Source of the DNA: Chrysomallon squamiferum
Lineage: Eukaryota; Animalia; Mollusca
Direction of reading: 5' to 3'
NCBI GenBank assembly: GCA_012295275.1
Contig: CM022669.1
Span: 2,666,001-2,730,000, forward strand
Length of the DNA: 64,000 bases
Shown: positions 26,372 to 38,690 of the stretch, in pieces
Layout of the letters: each line of letters opens with the position of its first letter
Position numbering within the stretch: the stretch's first letter is position 1
Program-made: the position numbers and the translations under genes
Notes under the pieces: generated by a model
What the model was told of the DNA's origin: nothing
Databases searched by the model: none
What the model saw: only the letters and a program-made list of their open reading frames with translations

Positions 26372-28766
26372 TAATAATAAAAACTATTTGTGGAAGAAAG
26401 AATGCCAAACACTGATTTCATTTATAATTGCATACAAGATTTATGACCGAAATTATCCGAATCAGATAATTAAAAAATATAAAATTAAAAAATAAAAATA
26501 AAATAAAATTATTTTATCCCTGAATTTAAGCACTATTTGTTTTCCAAATTAATCGAAAAGTAATGAAACGTGCATTTTTAAATTATGTCATTGTTACATA
26601 TATCTGGAAAAAGAATGTAATATTTCTCACATTAAAAAACGAAATAACTGCAATCCAAAATTTATATACAGTATAAATTTATGTAAATTAATGATGTTAT
26701 CCATTATTAGAGGTAATTTGTATCTAGACAACAGTAACTATGGTAATTTAAATTTCAGACGCAGATGTCTAAACATATCTTTCATCAACAACAGACCTTC
26801 ATATGTTGAATCAGATGCCTTTAGAGTTAAAGACTGACAAATGGTTACTAAGGAGACACCACACATCGATGAACTATTCAAGAAATCAACATATGAAATT
26901 GAAGAATGAAGAATGCTAAAATTCAGTGTCTTGAAAAAGTTGCTATACAAACCGAAACAGAATAAGCATCAGTGAAAGAAACATTAACTCTGTGAAAATG
27001 TGTCCAGACAGAAAGAAGATAAAGAGAAATGATGAGGACAGATCTGCTTGATGAAGTAAGCTGAAAGTACAACTGATCTACTGAAAACCTGTTTTGAATT
27101 CTTCCACCATAGCAACCAGAAAGGGATTGATATGCATGATTATCAACTTGCATAGCCACCTTTCTTATATATATATGTTCAAAGACACACACACTGTATA
27201 AATATAGGAAAACACAGACATACAAACATAAAAACATAGGTACCCAATGAATTAAACTATAGACTCTGAATTAGCAAATTTCAGTATACAATGAATTAAA
27301 CAAAATACCTGGAATTAGCAAATTTCGGTATACAATGAATTAAACAAAATTTTAATTACAAATTTCAAAAAAATTAAACTTTATGGAATATAAAAAATAA
27401 AACTATAGAAATAAATTAACAAATTTAACATCACATTAAACTAAGGTACACATCACCAATATTAATATATCAATAAACACATTATTAATTAATTCTTTTT
27501 ATAACCATACAAAAATATTATCAATAACCTTCTACTGTAAATATTATGCATTTGCTTAGAAACAGAGAATTTTTCTTTACAAAAAAAAAAAAGAAGAAGA
27601 AAAGAATGCTTAAATAGGAAACTGGAAAATCAGTCTCAGAGACAGGTCCATACATTTCAAAATGGCAGAGTTTATCTGGTGCAGACCTCTTCCCTTGCAC
27701 ACTGTCTCCTAGTCACAGAAAGATTAACAGTTGTTACTAGTTGGTTTAGTGAATGTTTCTAGATTTAGATTTGTAGTAAATACTGTCACATGTCTTGGTA
27801 ATATTTTACCAGCTGATTTGATTTGTGTAGTGTAGATTTAGAGTACATGCTATGAATTGTTTTGATCATATGTTGTACCTTGTTCAGATTTATGCTGTAT
27901 GTTTCTTGTTTAAGATTTGCAGTTTGAGTTACTGTTTTTAGATTCATAGTGGTTACCTGCTGTTTAGATTAATAATAAGTTGTCAGTTGTTCTGATTTAT
28001 TGTATTCTATTATCAGTTGTTAAGATTTCCAATATATTATGAGTTGTTTAGATTTACAGTGTATTATGAGTTGTTTAGATTTACAGTGTATTATGAGTTA
28101 TTTAGACTTGTAGTCTATTATGAATTATTTTGATTTACAGTGTATTATGAGTTGTTTAGATTTATAGTGTATTATGAGTTGTTTAGATTTGCAGTGTATT
28201 TTGAGTTGTTTAGATTTACAGTGTATTATGAGTTATTTAGACTTGTAGTCTATTATGAATTGTTTTGATTTATAGTGTATTATGAGTTGTTTTGAAATAC
28301 AGTTTATTATGAGTTGTGTAGATTTACAGTGTATTATGAGTTGTTTAGATTTACAGTGTATTATGAGTTGTTTAGTTACAGTGTATTATGAATTGTTTAG
28401 ATTTATAGTGTATTATCAGTTGTCTAGATGTAGTCTATTATGAGTTGTTTAGATTTATAGTGTATTATGATTTATTTAGATTAGTAGTTTAAATTCTTTA
28501 GATTTATAGTGTTTCTGTTTTTCTGTGTATTCATGCACATATGCTCACACTTGTATGCATGTTTATTGTATTTACACCTATTCTGTGACACAGTACAAGT
28601 AATCATTGCTAAATGAAACGTACCTACCTCCATGGAATAAATTCTGATAGGTGCTTTTTTCTGACAGTTGGTCAGCACAGTGTTTGGTCCCAGCTGTGGA
28701 CAGGAATGCAATGAAATACATACAGACAGACAGAACAGACAGTGGAGTTCTGATCAGCAGCTTCAT
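19431..28766 (-). CDS. Putative orphan secreted protein (136 aa, signal peptide, Lys/Arg-rich tail); coding exons 28766-28628 and 19702-19431
   Basis: Exon 28788-28628: acceptor cttcttttctag, Kozak-like gctgccATGa, MKLLIRTPLSVLSVCMYFIAFLSTAG-TKHCADQLSEKSTYQNLFHG, donor G|gtaggt (phase 1). Exon 19702-19431: acceptor aattttcacag, phase 1, open for 90 codons to TAG (DHSIWPESELSASVFHKTDKTSQCMVPVTRIRSQPVP...KKQRKKERRKKLKKKNIKSRSKSFLE*). No family recognised; further internal exons cannot be excluded. Confidence 0.55.
19883..20625. repeat. 38-bp minisatellite, about 20 copies (catatttaaacagtgtaataaactagagatggttgaga)
   Basis: Near-perfect head-to-tail copies, a few internally deleted units, no spacers. 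Confidence 0.95.
21549..21610. repeat. (GA)n microsatellite preceded by a GT-rich run
   Basis: Direct reading of sequence. Confidence 0.9.
21871..21962 (-). CDS. Candidate alternative terminal exon of the secreted-protein gene (VAVHRLLLYPDDSHNVYGADDDNTQTKKLN*)
   Basis: Acceptor ttttcctatatttcag, phase 1 compatible with the 28628 donor, locally GC-richer patch ending at TGA. Confidence 0.4.
24880..25580. repeat. Old degenerate minisatellite (recurring actgaatacac...caatgaactgaaaa)
   Basis: Core actgaatacac and caatgaac motifs recur at roughly 40-bp spacing. Confidence 0.7.
27245..27370. repeat. 44-bp tandem duplication with degenerate flanking copies
   Basis: gaattagcaaatttc(a/g)gtatacaatgaattaaacaaaat at 27268 and 27312. 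Confidence 0.8.
27760..28520. repeat. 27-bp minisatellite (gatttacagtgtattatgagttgttta); homogeneous core 28024-28480, degenerate left flank
   Basis: gattt anchors at 28024, 28051, 28078 and onward. Confidence 0.9.
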
Positions 28767-31589
28767 GGCAGCATCGTAGTTTGATATTCTAGAAAAGAAG
28801 ACAATTAACATCTAGACAGCAGTGTGGCGTAACCTGGACTAAACATGTAGAACATCGGCTGAGAAAATACTCATCAGTCTTACAGCAGCTTCTGCTCCAT
28901 TTAAAAAGAAATAAATGAATTAAAAGGTAAATAAATAATTTAATAAATAAGGAAGATAAACAAATAAATTCTACTGCTATTTTTGTTGCCTTTTTGAAGA
29001 AACAAATCACTGAAGAAACTTCACTGACACAATAACTTTCAAGGTTTTTTTCCTTAAATGCTGTTTTAACATTATCTTGGACACATTTTGACTGTTTTTC
29101 TCTCAAGTTTGCATTATTTTGCCTAACTTTATCTAAAATGTTTTTGTCCTATCTAAAAAATAGTCTGTTATGTCTGACATGGCTGTTTTCATATTTGTTT
29201 AGCCTAACAGTCTCTAATGCCTCATCTTATTTTGCTTTATCATAAAATTTTATCTTAGTGTTTTGCATAATTTTGTATCCATCATTGCCACTTAGTGTTT
29301 TTGTTCTTTATCTTACTTTTCTCAGATATTTTTGTTCATTTTGAAAAATTATCCTTACATTCTTTCAAATGATTTTGACCATATCTGGTACTATTTTTTA
29401 TCATTTATTCACATACATGTGCACTTAACAAGGAATTATTAGTTTCACAAAAAAATAAAATAAAATAAAAATAATAATAATAAAAATGAACCAATGTCAA
29501 CAAAACAAAGATAATTAAAAAAAACACTCGTGCAGCTCAGCTCTAGAAACAATAAATAAATCAAGGTAACAATTTCCTGTCAGCAGCAGGAAATAATTAA
29601 GTATTCTTCTTTCTCGTACTTGGTGAATTGCTAACGACAAAATGAAAATATATTTGAAATGTCACACAAATAAAACACAGGCTGAAATTTCAATACCTCA
29701 TCAATACACATTTTGCACTATTAAATTCTTATAAAGACAGAACATATTTTTATAAACAACTACCAATATTGGGATTTATTGATGGAATGAGGTTTTCTAG
29801 AGGCTTAATTTTAATTTAAAAATTCAAAAACGAAAAAAAAAATAATGATAATAATAATGAGAAATAAATAAATAAATACAAAATTTATTCAAAAATTATA
29901 CTAAATAAGATAGATTTTATTGCCATTTACTTATTTTTATTTTAGGGAATTAAAATGAATTTAATTTTGAAGATTATAAATATCAAGTGCATCTTTTTAA
30001 TGCTTTATTTTGGATTAACAATACAAAAGAAATGTAAATTCAAAGATTATATTTTTGTTAAGTGGGTTAACAATTGCAGAATGAAGTAAACATTAAATTA
30101 TAATGATCAAGATAAATTTGGTTAATGATTTTATTTAGATTAAACATTTTAAATCAGGTAAAAATGTATTTAACAAATTTTATTAATTTTATCTACAAAA
30201 TATTAGATTAATCACCAAAAATATATATATTAAAAAATAGAAAATAAAACAATGAAAAAATAAAATAAAATAAAACACTCAGTACTAACTAAAATAATAT
30301 ATAAAATATAAATAGATTCTTTGAATGAATGAATAAATAAATTACTGAATATAATTACTAAATGAAAATGAAGAAAACAACTAAAAATGTGATTAATGAA
30401 CTGTAAAGAAATGAATGTGTGACTCACTGAGTCAACAACAGTATAAATATAAATGTAAGTATAAATATCAAATCAAAACAAAATGTATATTTGAGAAAAA
30501 TAAAAATAAAGTTCCATTAACCCACTGCAATCTTGTATTCATATATCAGTAATTTTTTTGGTATTTTTTATCATAACAAATTAATTTCAGGGTCACATCC
30601 AAATGTGTTTATAGGGGTGATATGCAGGTCATTATCATAAATAGGATTACTCTCACATGAAGAAATTATCCTTTTGAGTATTTTGGCTGAAATCTTATTT
30701 CCCTTCTTTTTTTCTTAGAAATGTACTGAAACAGACACAGATTGGAATAGGAACTGGGGGAGTCTGGAATAAGCTTTTTTACTCATTTAATGAAGTTACA
30801 TGAAGCAGTTACCTCTCTCTGCACACACACACACATTAGTGAACAATGAAAAGTTTAATATTAGCATTCAAAATATCTAATATATGTAGAAGCAAGTCTC
30901 TCTCTCTCTCTCTCTCTCTATACATGTTTACGAATAAACACTGAAAGCTGCAAATGTTGTTAGACACTTTAGAACTCATATCAACACTCCATCTTGAATC
31001 TGCACCTGAAAGTGTTTAATCAGACAAATACTTTTTATATATATATATTTTTTTTATTTGCTTGAGCATGTTTCTCAAAATATTAAAAGATAAAACTTGT
31101 AGTTAAGAAATGTCTCTGAGATACACTCTGTGAAATGTTACAGACTCTTTATCAAGTGATTTTCAAGTGTTTGTGTTTTTAAAGCTGTGTAGTAAAAGCA
31201 ACAGGGATGTTAGTCTACAAATTTGATTTTGCAACAAACAACATAATCTTGTTAAAATGGTACTATATAAAACTAAAATAATGAGAAAAATTTTATCTAT
31301 CCGTTACATTGTATTATTAAAATAATTCTTATCATTTTTATTTTAAAACTGTAAAGTCACCTAAATTTTTCATAATTATATTATTTATTGGCATACTTTG
31401 TATATTTAAAACATTTTTTTTTACAAAATGGAAAGCTGGAGTGAAAGTTAATTGGAGAATTAAGTAAATGTACACTATAATTATAAGAAATAAACAATCC
31501 ATGTTTAACTGACAGAAACCTGGCAAAGCAAAACTAACATATATCTTCATTAGCACAGAAACCAAAGAAAATAAATAAATAATAATAAT

Positions 31590-31622
<33 letters not shown>

Positions 31623-31675
31623 GAAAATAAACAGGAAATTTTAAACTGAGAAGAGAATAATCATACTGTATCCAA

Positions 31676-31738
31676 GGTAATCTTGTCTAATACTTAGTTT
31701 ATTTTTGGTAATCTTGTCTAATACTTAGTTTATTTTTG
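31676..31738. repeat. Perfect 31-bp tandem duplication
   Basis: ggtaatcttgtctaatacttagtttattttt twice (31676, 31707). Confidence 0.9.
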
Positions 31739-31984
31739 ATAGTTTTTGCTTACATTCTTTCAAATGATTTTATTGCATTTGGAACTGTTTTTATCATTTA
31801 TTCACAAACATGTACAGTTAACAATGGAATGATCAGTTTTACAATAAAATAAAAAATAAAAATAATAAAAATAATATTAATAATAAAATAAAAAAAAATA
31901 AAAGAATAATAAAAGAAAATAATGACAACAAAAAAGAAAAATCAAACTTTCAGAAAACAAAAATATATATATGAATTTCAGATG

Positions 31985-32051
<67 letters not shown>

Positions 32052-33599
32052 CAGAAACCAACTCCTAATTCCAGGTAAGAAGTAAGTCTGTCTACTGTGA
32101 TTTAACATTAAAAGATTACACTCAGCTATATTCATCATCTGTTTAATTCCATTAAATTAGTTCAAAACATGCATTTTATTTATTATGGATATTAAAAAAT
32201 TAAATAAATAATAATTAAAATTAAATAATTTAAAAATTAAAAAACAAAGAAGAAATCGTGAACAAAACTAATAATTAAAATGAGGGTTAATTATTTAAAA
32301 GATTCCCCAAACTGCAGTACAAAGATTACATTTGTAAGAAGTATATCAAAAAAAAAAAAAAAATAATAATAATAATAATAATAATATTAAAAAAGTAAAG
32401 ATAATAATAATTAGTAAAGTTAACTAAGAATACCAGCCTATAAACACCAATTTTTAAAAATTAAATATTAAGAATCTTGTCAGTTATCTAACGATTCTAA
32501 ATAAAGTGTAAAAAATACCCAAGGAAAAGAAAAGTGAATAAATATAATAAAAATGGTGTAGAAATAAATCTCAGCATATATGTATAAATATTTTGTTTAA
32601 AAATTTTAATTTAACCATATTACAAAACAGCTCAAAATACAGCATGCAAAGTGAACTGGAGAGAAACAACAGTAAATAATTTTTAAAAAGGTAGCTAAAT
32701 ATAGCAATATTTATGAATAAATATTTATAAACAGAATCAAATTAAACTTAGAAAAGACAGTTTAGAGCTAATTTAAATATCAGAAATGTGGGAACACTTG
32801 AAAATTAAATTTGTATAATTACTGTTATGCTATTAGTAAAAACGTCTTCCTGCAATGAAACTTTTACAAAAAGAAACAACAAAACAAACAGTAATTAATA
32901 AATAAAAGATGTCACTGTTTACAATTTTACAAAAGAAATAACTTCTTCCTTCGTATGTCATACTATTTTTCTTGCTGATAAAATATCCAAATTATAAATA
33001 CAGTTTATGTATATATTTTGCTAATAAAAAAATGGAATGACAAACTAAAACCTAAATTTTAAGAAATATTCCTTCCTACATACCTTATGTAATTTTCATT
33101 GCAAATCTCTTTAAATCTTGTGCAAGAACGTGCCTCCTTTAATTTTCACATCAGCAGCATTTACTCCAAGAGTTGTTAAAACGTGTTAATTTCATTTATT
33201 TTTCATAATGAGATCTTCTTGGTAACATTGCAGAAAGCAATCATTGCACGTGACTGCTTTCTGAGACAGAGAAATCTGTGGTAACTTGTGGTAATAGCTG
33301 CAGGTTTCTATCTCTGCCAGCAGGCACTGCTTTCAGCAGGAGTTAGAAGAAAATGTATAATATTGATTGTGACAAAGGTCTTATTCATCAAACCTGCTGA
33401 TCAAACTGAGGCCAGTGTGTAGGCAGGATCAGACTGCAGCTGAAAATGTATTGATCCCAGAGTGTACATCGTGTGTTTTCCTCACACAAAAAACCTCATC
33501 TCCAATCTGGCCTCAGATTTAAATGTCTCATCTTATGTACTTCATGCTTCAAATAGTCTCTTCCAGTTCTCGCCTCATTTTGATTTCATTTGCTGTTTT

Positions 33600-34800
33600 A
33601 GCACAGTTTTTTTGACTGACTTTACTAGCACTGACTAACATTTTTTTATTTGACTGACTTTACCAGCACTAACATTTTTTTATTTGACTGACTTTACCAG
33701 CACTGACTAACATTTTTTTATTAGACTGATTTTACCAGCACTGACTAACATTTTTTTATTAGACTGACTAACATTTTTTTATTACACTGATTTTACCAGC
33801 ACTGACTAACATTTTTTTATTAGACTGACTAACATTTTTTTATTACACTGATTTTACCAGCACTGACTAACGCGTTGATTTGATTTGACTGATTTTACCA
33901 TTACTAACACTTTGATTTGATCTGACTGATTTTACTAGTACTAATACTTTGATTTGATTTGACTGATTTTACTAGTACTAATACTTTGATTTGATTTGAC
34001 TGATTTTACAAGCACTAATACTTTGATTTGATCTGACTGATTTTACTAGTACTAATACTTTGATTTGATTTGACTGATTTTACTAGTACTAATACTTTGA
34101 TTTGATTTGACTGATTTTACTAGTACTAATACTTTGATTTGATTTGACTGATTTTACTAGTACTAATACTTTGATTTGATTTGACTGATTTTACCAGCAC
34201 TGACTAACACTTTGATTTGATTTGACTGATTTTACAAGCACTGACTAACACTTTGAGTTGATCTGACTGATTTTACAAGCAGTGACTAACACTTTGATTT
34301 GATTTGACTGATTTTACCAGCACTGACTAACACTTTGATTTGATTTGACTGATTTTACAAGCACTGACTAACACTTTGATTTGATTTGACTGATTTTACA
34401 AGCACTGACTAACACTTTGAGTTGATTTGACTGACAAGCACTAACACTTTGATTTTTGACTGATTTTACAAGCACTGACTAACACTTTGATTTGATTTGA
34501 CTGATTTTACAAGCACTAACACTTTGAGTTGATTTGACTGATTTTACAAGCACTGACTAACACTTTGAGTTGATTTGACTGATTTTACAAGCACTGACTA
34601 ACACTTTGAGTTGATTTGACTGATTTTACCAGCACTGACTAACACTTTGAGTTGATCTGACTGATTTTACAAGCACTAACACTTTGATTTGATCTGACTG
34701 ATTTTACCAGCACTAACACTTTGAGTTGATCTGACTGATTTTACAAGCACTAACACTTTGATTTGATCTGACTGATTTTACCAGCACTAACACTTTGCTG
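33600..34800. repeat. Compound 37/41-bp minisatellite (tttgatttgactgattttacaagcactgactaacac family)
   Basis: About 30 related units in three sub-blocks with different unit variants. Confidence 0.95.
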
Positions 34801-36298
34801 ATTTAAATAGTTTACTGTATTAAGTAACAACTGAAATCAGCAAAGTAATGCAGATATGCTTTTATCAAGAACATTTAATCATTGTCTTCTCTATTACATT
34901 TTGTAAAATTTGCTTTTAAACAACATTGATTTGAAATGATTATTTTATATAATATTTTTCATCCTTATAAAATATTGCTTTTGAAAAAAAATATGTTTTA
35001 AGAAAACATTTTGCCTAGTCTATAAATTATTAACAACAAATATTTAAAAACTATTAGTGGTTTTTTGTCATAAAGAGTAAACTGGAATAAAAATGATTTA
35101 TGTCATTGCATCAAACAAACGGTTTGTCTTGTGTTGATATGTTAATAACAAAATAACAAATTAAATATCTAATAAAAAGAGATTAGAAATAATTAAATGA
35201 TTGATCAATGTATGAAAAATTTATGAAAATAGTGATAGATCAGAAATGCCAATTTTAGCTTGTTTGTCTCTTTAATAAAATAAATTAAAACTGATATTAA
35301 CAAAATGAAATCATACACAAAAAAAAAAAGAAGAATAAAGTTAAATAAATACAAGATACAAAATACAAAATATAAAATATAAAAATAAATAATAAAAAAA
35401 AATTAATTAAAAAACAAAAATATAAAATAAAATAAAAAATACATTTCTTCTCTTTATTTAAACAACAATAAAACCTCCTTGTTTCTCCAACTCTTTTTAC
35501 ATTATTGTTATTCTTTATTATTTGCAAAGATTAGTTGTCTATAACAAAGACAAATATCTTTTTTATTTATATAATATTGTCCATACATTATGTTCAGTGC
35601 TTGCAGGGAATTGTTGAGACGTGACAGATCAACATTCCTTAGTACGTAAGTCATTTTTGATTCTATTTCAACCAGTACAGAAGTGTTAAATGAAAACATA
35701 ATCAAAATTTAAATAAGATATAAAAACAATGTATTATTAATAAATGATTAATAGTGTTTTTATGATGACTGAGATCATCTATTTCTATAGGAAGATGATC
35801 AGTTTATATTTGAGTTATGTAACTATTATTGAAGATTTCACCAATAAGATTTTCCTACTTTCAGATGCATTCATCTTTTCATAATAAAAAAAAATGGCCA
35901 ATGTTGAAGCAATATTCAAATTTTAACTCTGATGTTACTTTATAAGTAAAATAGCAGTCATTAAAGTTAATGTATTTTTTACATCAAATATCTCCCTTAC
36001 AATACTTTAAGTAAATATTTATTTCCCGAGAGAGTAATCATAATTGATATTTTATCTCTACAGAGAATCACAGTCTAGCTGATAGTTTTGTACAAATGAC
36101 AGTAAAAGAGATTCAACAAGGAAAGTAGAATAATTAGAGACAATTGATGACTAAAGAAGTGAAAGGGTATTTTTATTAAAATGTCACGTCCCTGTAGAAT
36201 TGTCATCTTCTGTGTTCTGTAATTATCACAGAATTACGCAAGATTCTTATCTCTGACATTTACAACCAGGAACAGGAGAAAAAAACAGAAAAGAAGAA

Positions 36299-36355
<57 letters not shown>

Positions 36356-37000
36356 ACCAACAACAATAATAACAACAGTAATAACAACAGAAATAAGAAC
36401 AATAATAACAATAATAATAATAATAATAATAATAATAGCAATAACAACAACAAAAAAGCAATAGTTACATTTAAACATCAGAAAATAGTAACAATGGAGT
36501 TAACCTGGCTCACAGTGGGTGTGAATTAATGTGGACAAGAACTGTGATAATTTAACCTGTGGTATGTCACTAATGTGTGTCTGTCAGTTTGTTATTGATT
36601 CTCTTATTGACCTGAGCATCTCCACAAAAGGACACGAGGAAGTCCAGGCTGCTGCTAATGGTTCGTGTAGACTGGACAGAGCTGCAGATCTGTAGTTCAT
36701 GTTGTGTCTGGGGTAACGCAGGATAAATCTGGATCATTTCGGTAATGTCCCATTCTGCCCAGTCTCCTTGATATATGTTTGTCTAATTATGAAAAACATT
36801 TCTTTTATATTATATATATTTCTTTATTAAAGTCCTTTTTTTAATAAATGTTGATATAGGGAGACAGATTGCTGGAAGAGTAAGTACACTCATACAGAAA
36901 CATGTTTTACAATTAATAAAAAAAAAAAAATATGTTTAGCCTATTCCAGCAAATGAACTGTACTTCAGTTATAAAATATTTTAATTCAAGAGAAAATAAT

Positions 37001-37038
<38 letters not shown>

Positions 37039-38489
37039 TAAAAATAATTTAACAAAAATAAAAATATATTTCAATTTTAAAAACCAGTATATTTGCATAT
37101 TACAAAAAAACAAACAAAAAAACAATCACTTTTTAAAAGATCATTATAAATCATTATTTTTTTATTAATAATAACTAACAGAATCACATAAACAGTGAAA
37201 AAAGAAGGAAAATTCATAAATGACAATTAAAACTAAAATGTATGTGATGGTGAAATGGTAAATGTCACACAGACAGATATAATCAAATATAAACATTAGT
37301 GTGTCATGCTCGTGACCTCCTCTGACACATTCGCATGACACGCTGTGTACTAAATGTATTTATTAGATTTTCACAACTCCCATGAGATGCAAATCAATTG
37401 CTATAAATCAACACTCCTCATACAGGATCTATTAAGATCTTGTCTCTCAAAGTGAAGCATATTATTGTAAAGATCAATAAGGGAACACTTTCTACATTTC
37501 TTCAGACGCATGGAAGTCTGGATGGATGGATGCTGTGTACTGATTTAATAAGGATATTACATGTAATGCATTAGGTACTGTTAATCATAATTCTGCTTGG
37601 TATGATGTTATTAATGTGTGCCACTGGTACATAAATGTCCAAAAAAAACACCTAATTAAATATTAGGGTATAGAACGTAGTTTATAGAAACTCAAAATGC
37701 ATTTTATGTAGAAAAAATATAATTTAAGTTTTTTGTTTATAAATAAAAATGTGTAAATATATTTGTAAACAAAAAAAAAATATAAATAAATAAATACATT
37801 TTGTGTATCGAAAGTCTAAACAGATTGTGAACAGGATATTTAAATACTATTTTATATATTATATGTACTGAAAAATCTAAATACATTTTGCATATAAATA
37901 AAATCTAAATGTAATTCAGAAAGAGAAAACACATTTACATACTTTCAAATGATGCTGCTGATAATAATAAAGGATGACAATAGCATAAAAGTACACGAGA
38001 CAAAGATGATGAGATGTATTTAATACTATCCTTCAGTAAATATATAATAATCAATATCCTAGTGACTAAAAGTGTTTTTATTTTCAAAGTTTGCTTTGTG
38101 AATGCAGATTGTGGCGAAAAAGATGCATTATTCCTCAGTGAATAGTAAAAAAATATAAATTATTCATTAAAGCTTTGACTAAAAGTATTTTCTTATTTTC
38201 AAAGTTTATTATTTGAACAGAGTGAAGATTATAATCAATAAAACAACTAACAATAATTTCTGATAGTGTGAATTCTGTAATAACAAGACAAATATAAGAA
38301 AATGTGTGACTTATGTGACATGTAATACCTGTCAGTATAATGTGTTGTGACAGTAACACTTCAAGGAGTTATACATTAAAACAAACAAAACCATCAGCAG
38401 ACATTTATTGTTCACAATGTGATGTTCAATAGTGAAAAATGTTACAAAACAGCAAAGATAAATTAATTAACTTTATTAAAATATGGAAA

Positions 38490-38690
38490 CTTTATTAACC
38501 TGTTTTTTTCACTGATGTCTGTTCCACCAGAATAGATTAAATATAAACTAAATTTTATACAAATATACAAAATTCTACTAACCTCATTTACTGAAGTCTT
38601 TTCTGAAAAATAGATAAAATACAAATTAAACTTTATAGAAATACAGCAAACTCTGTTAACCTGATTCACTGATGTCTGTTCCTGCAGCAG
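38490..38690. repeat. Degenerate ~80-bp tandem repeat, about 2.5 copies
   Basis: taacct...actga(t/a)gtct(g/t)ttc recurs at about 38496, 38579 and 38657. Confidence 0.65.

Noticed and set aside
26759-27130. GC-richer, purine-rich patch with acceptor- and donor-like sites
   Set aside because: Stops in all three plus frames soon after the acceptor; minus-strand ORFs show no recognisable motif. Could be a non-coding exon but is unsupported.
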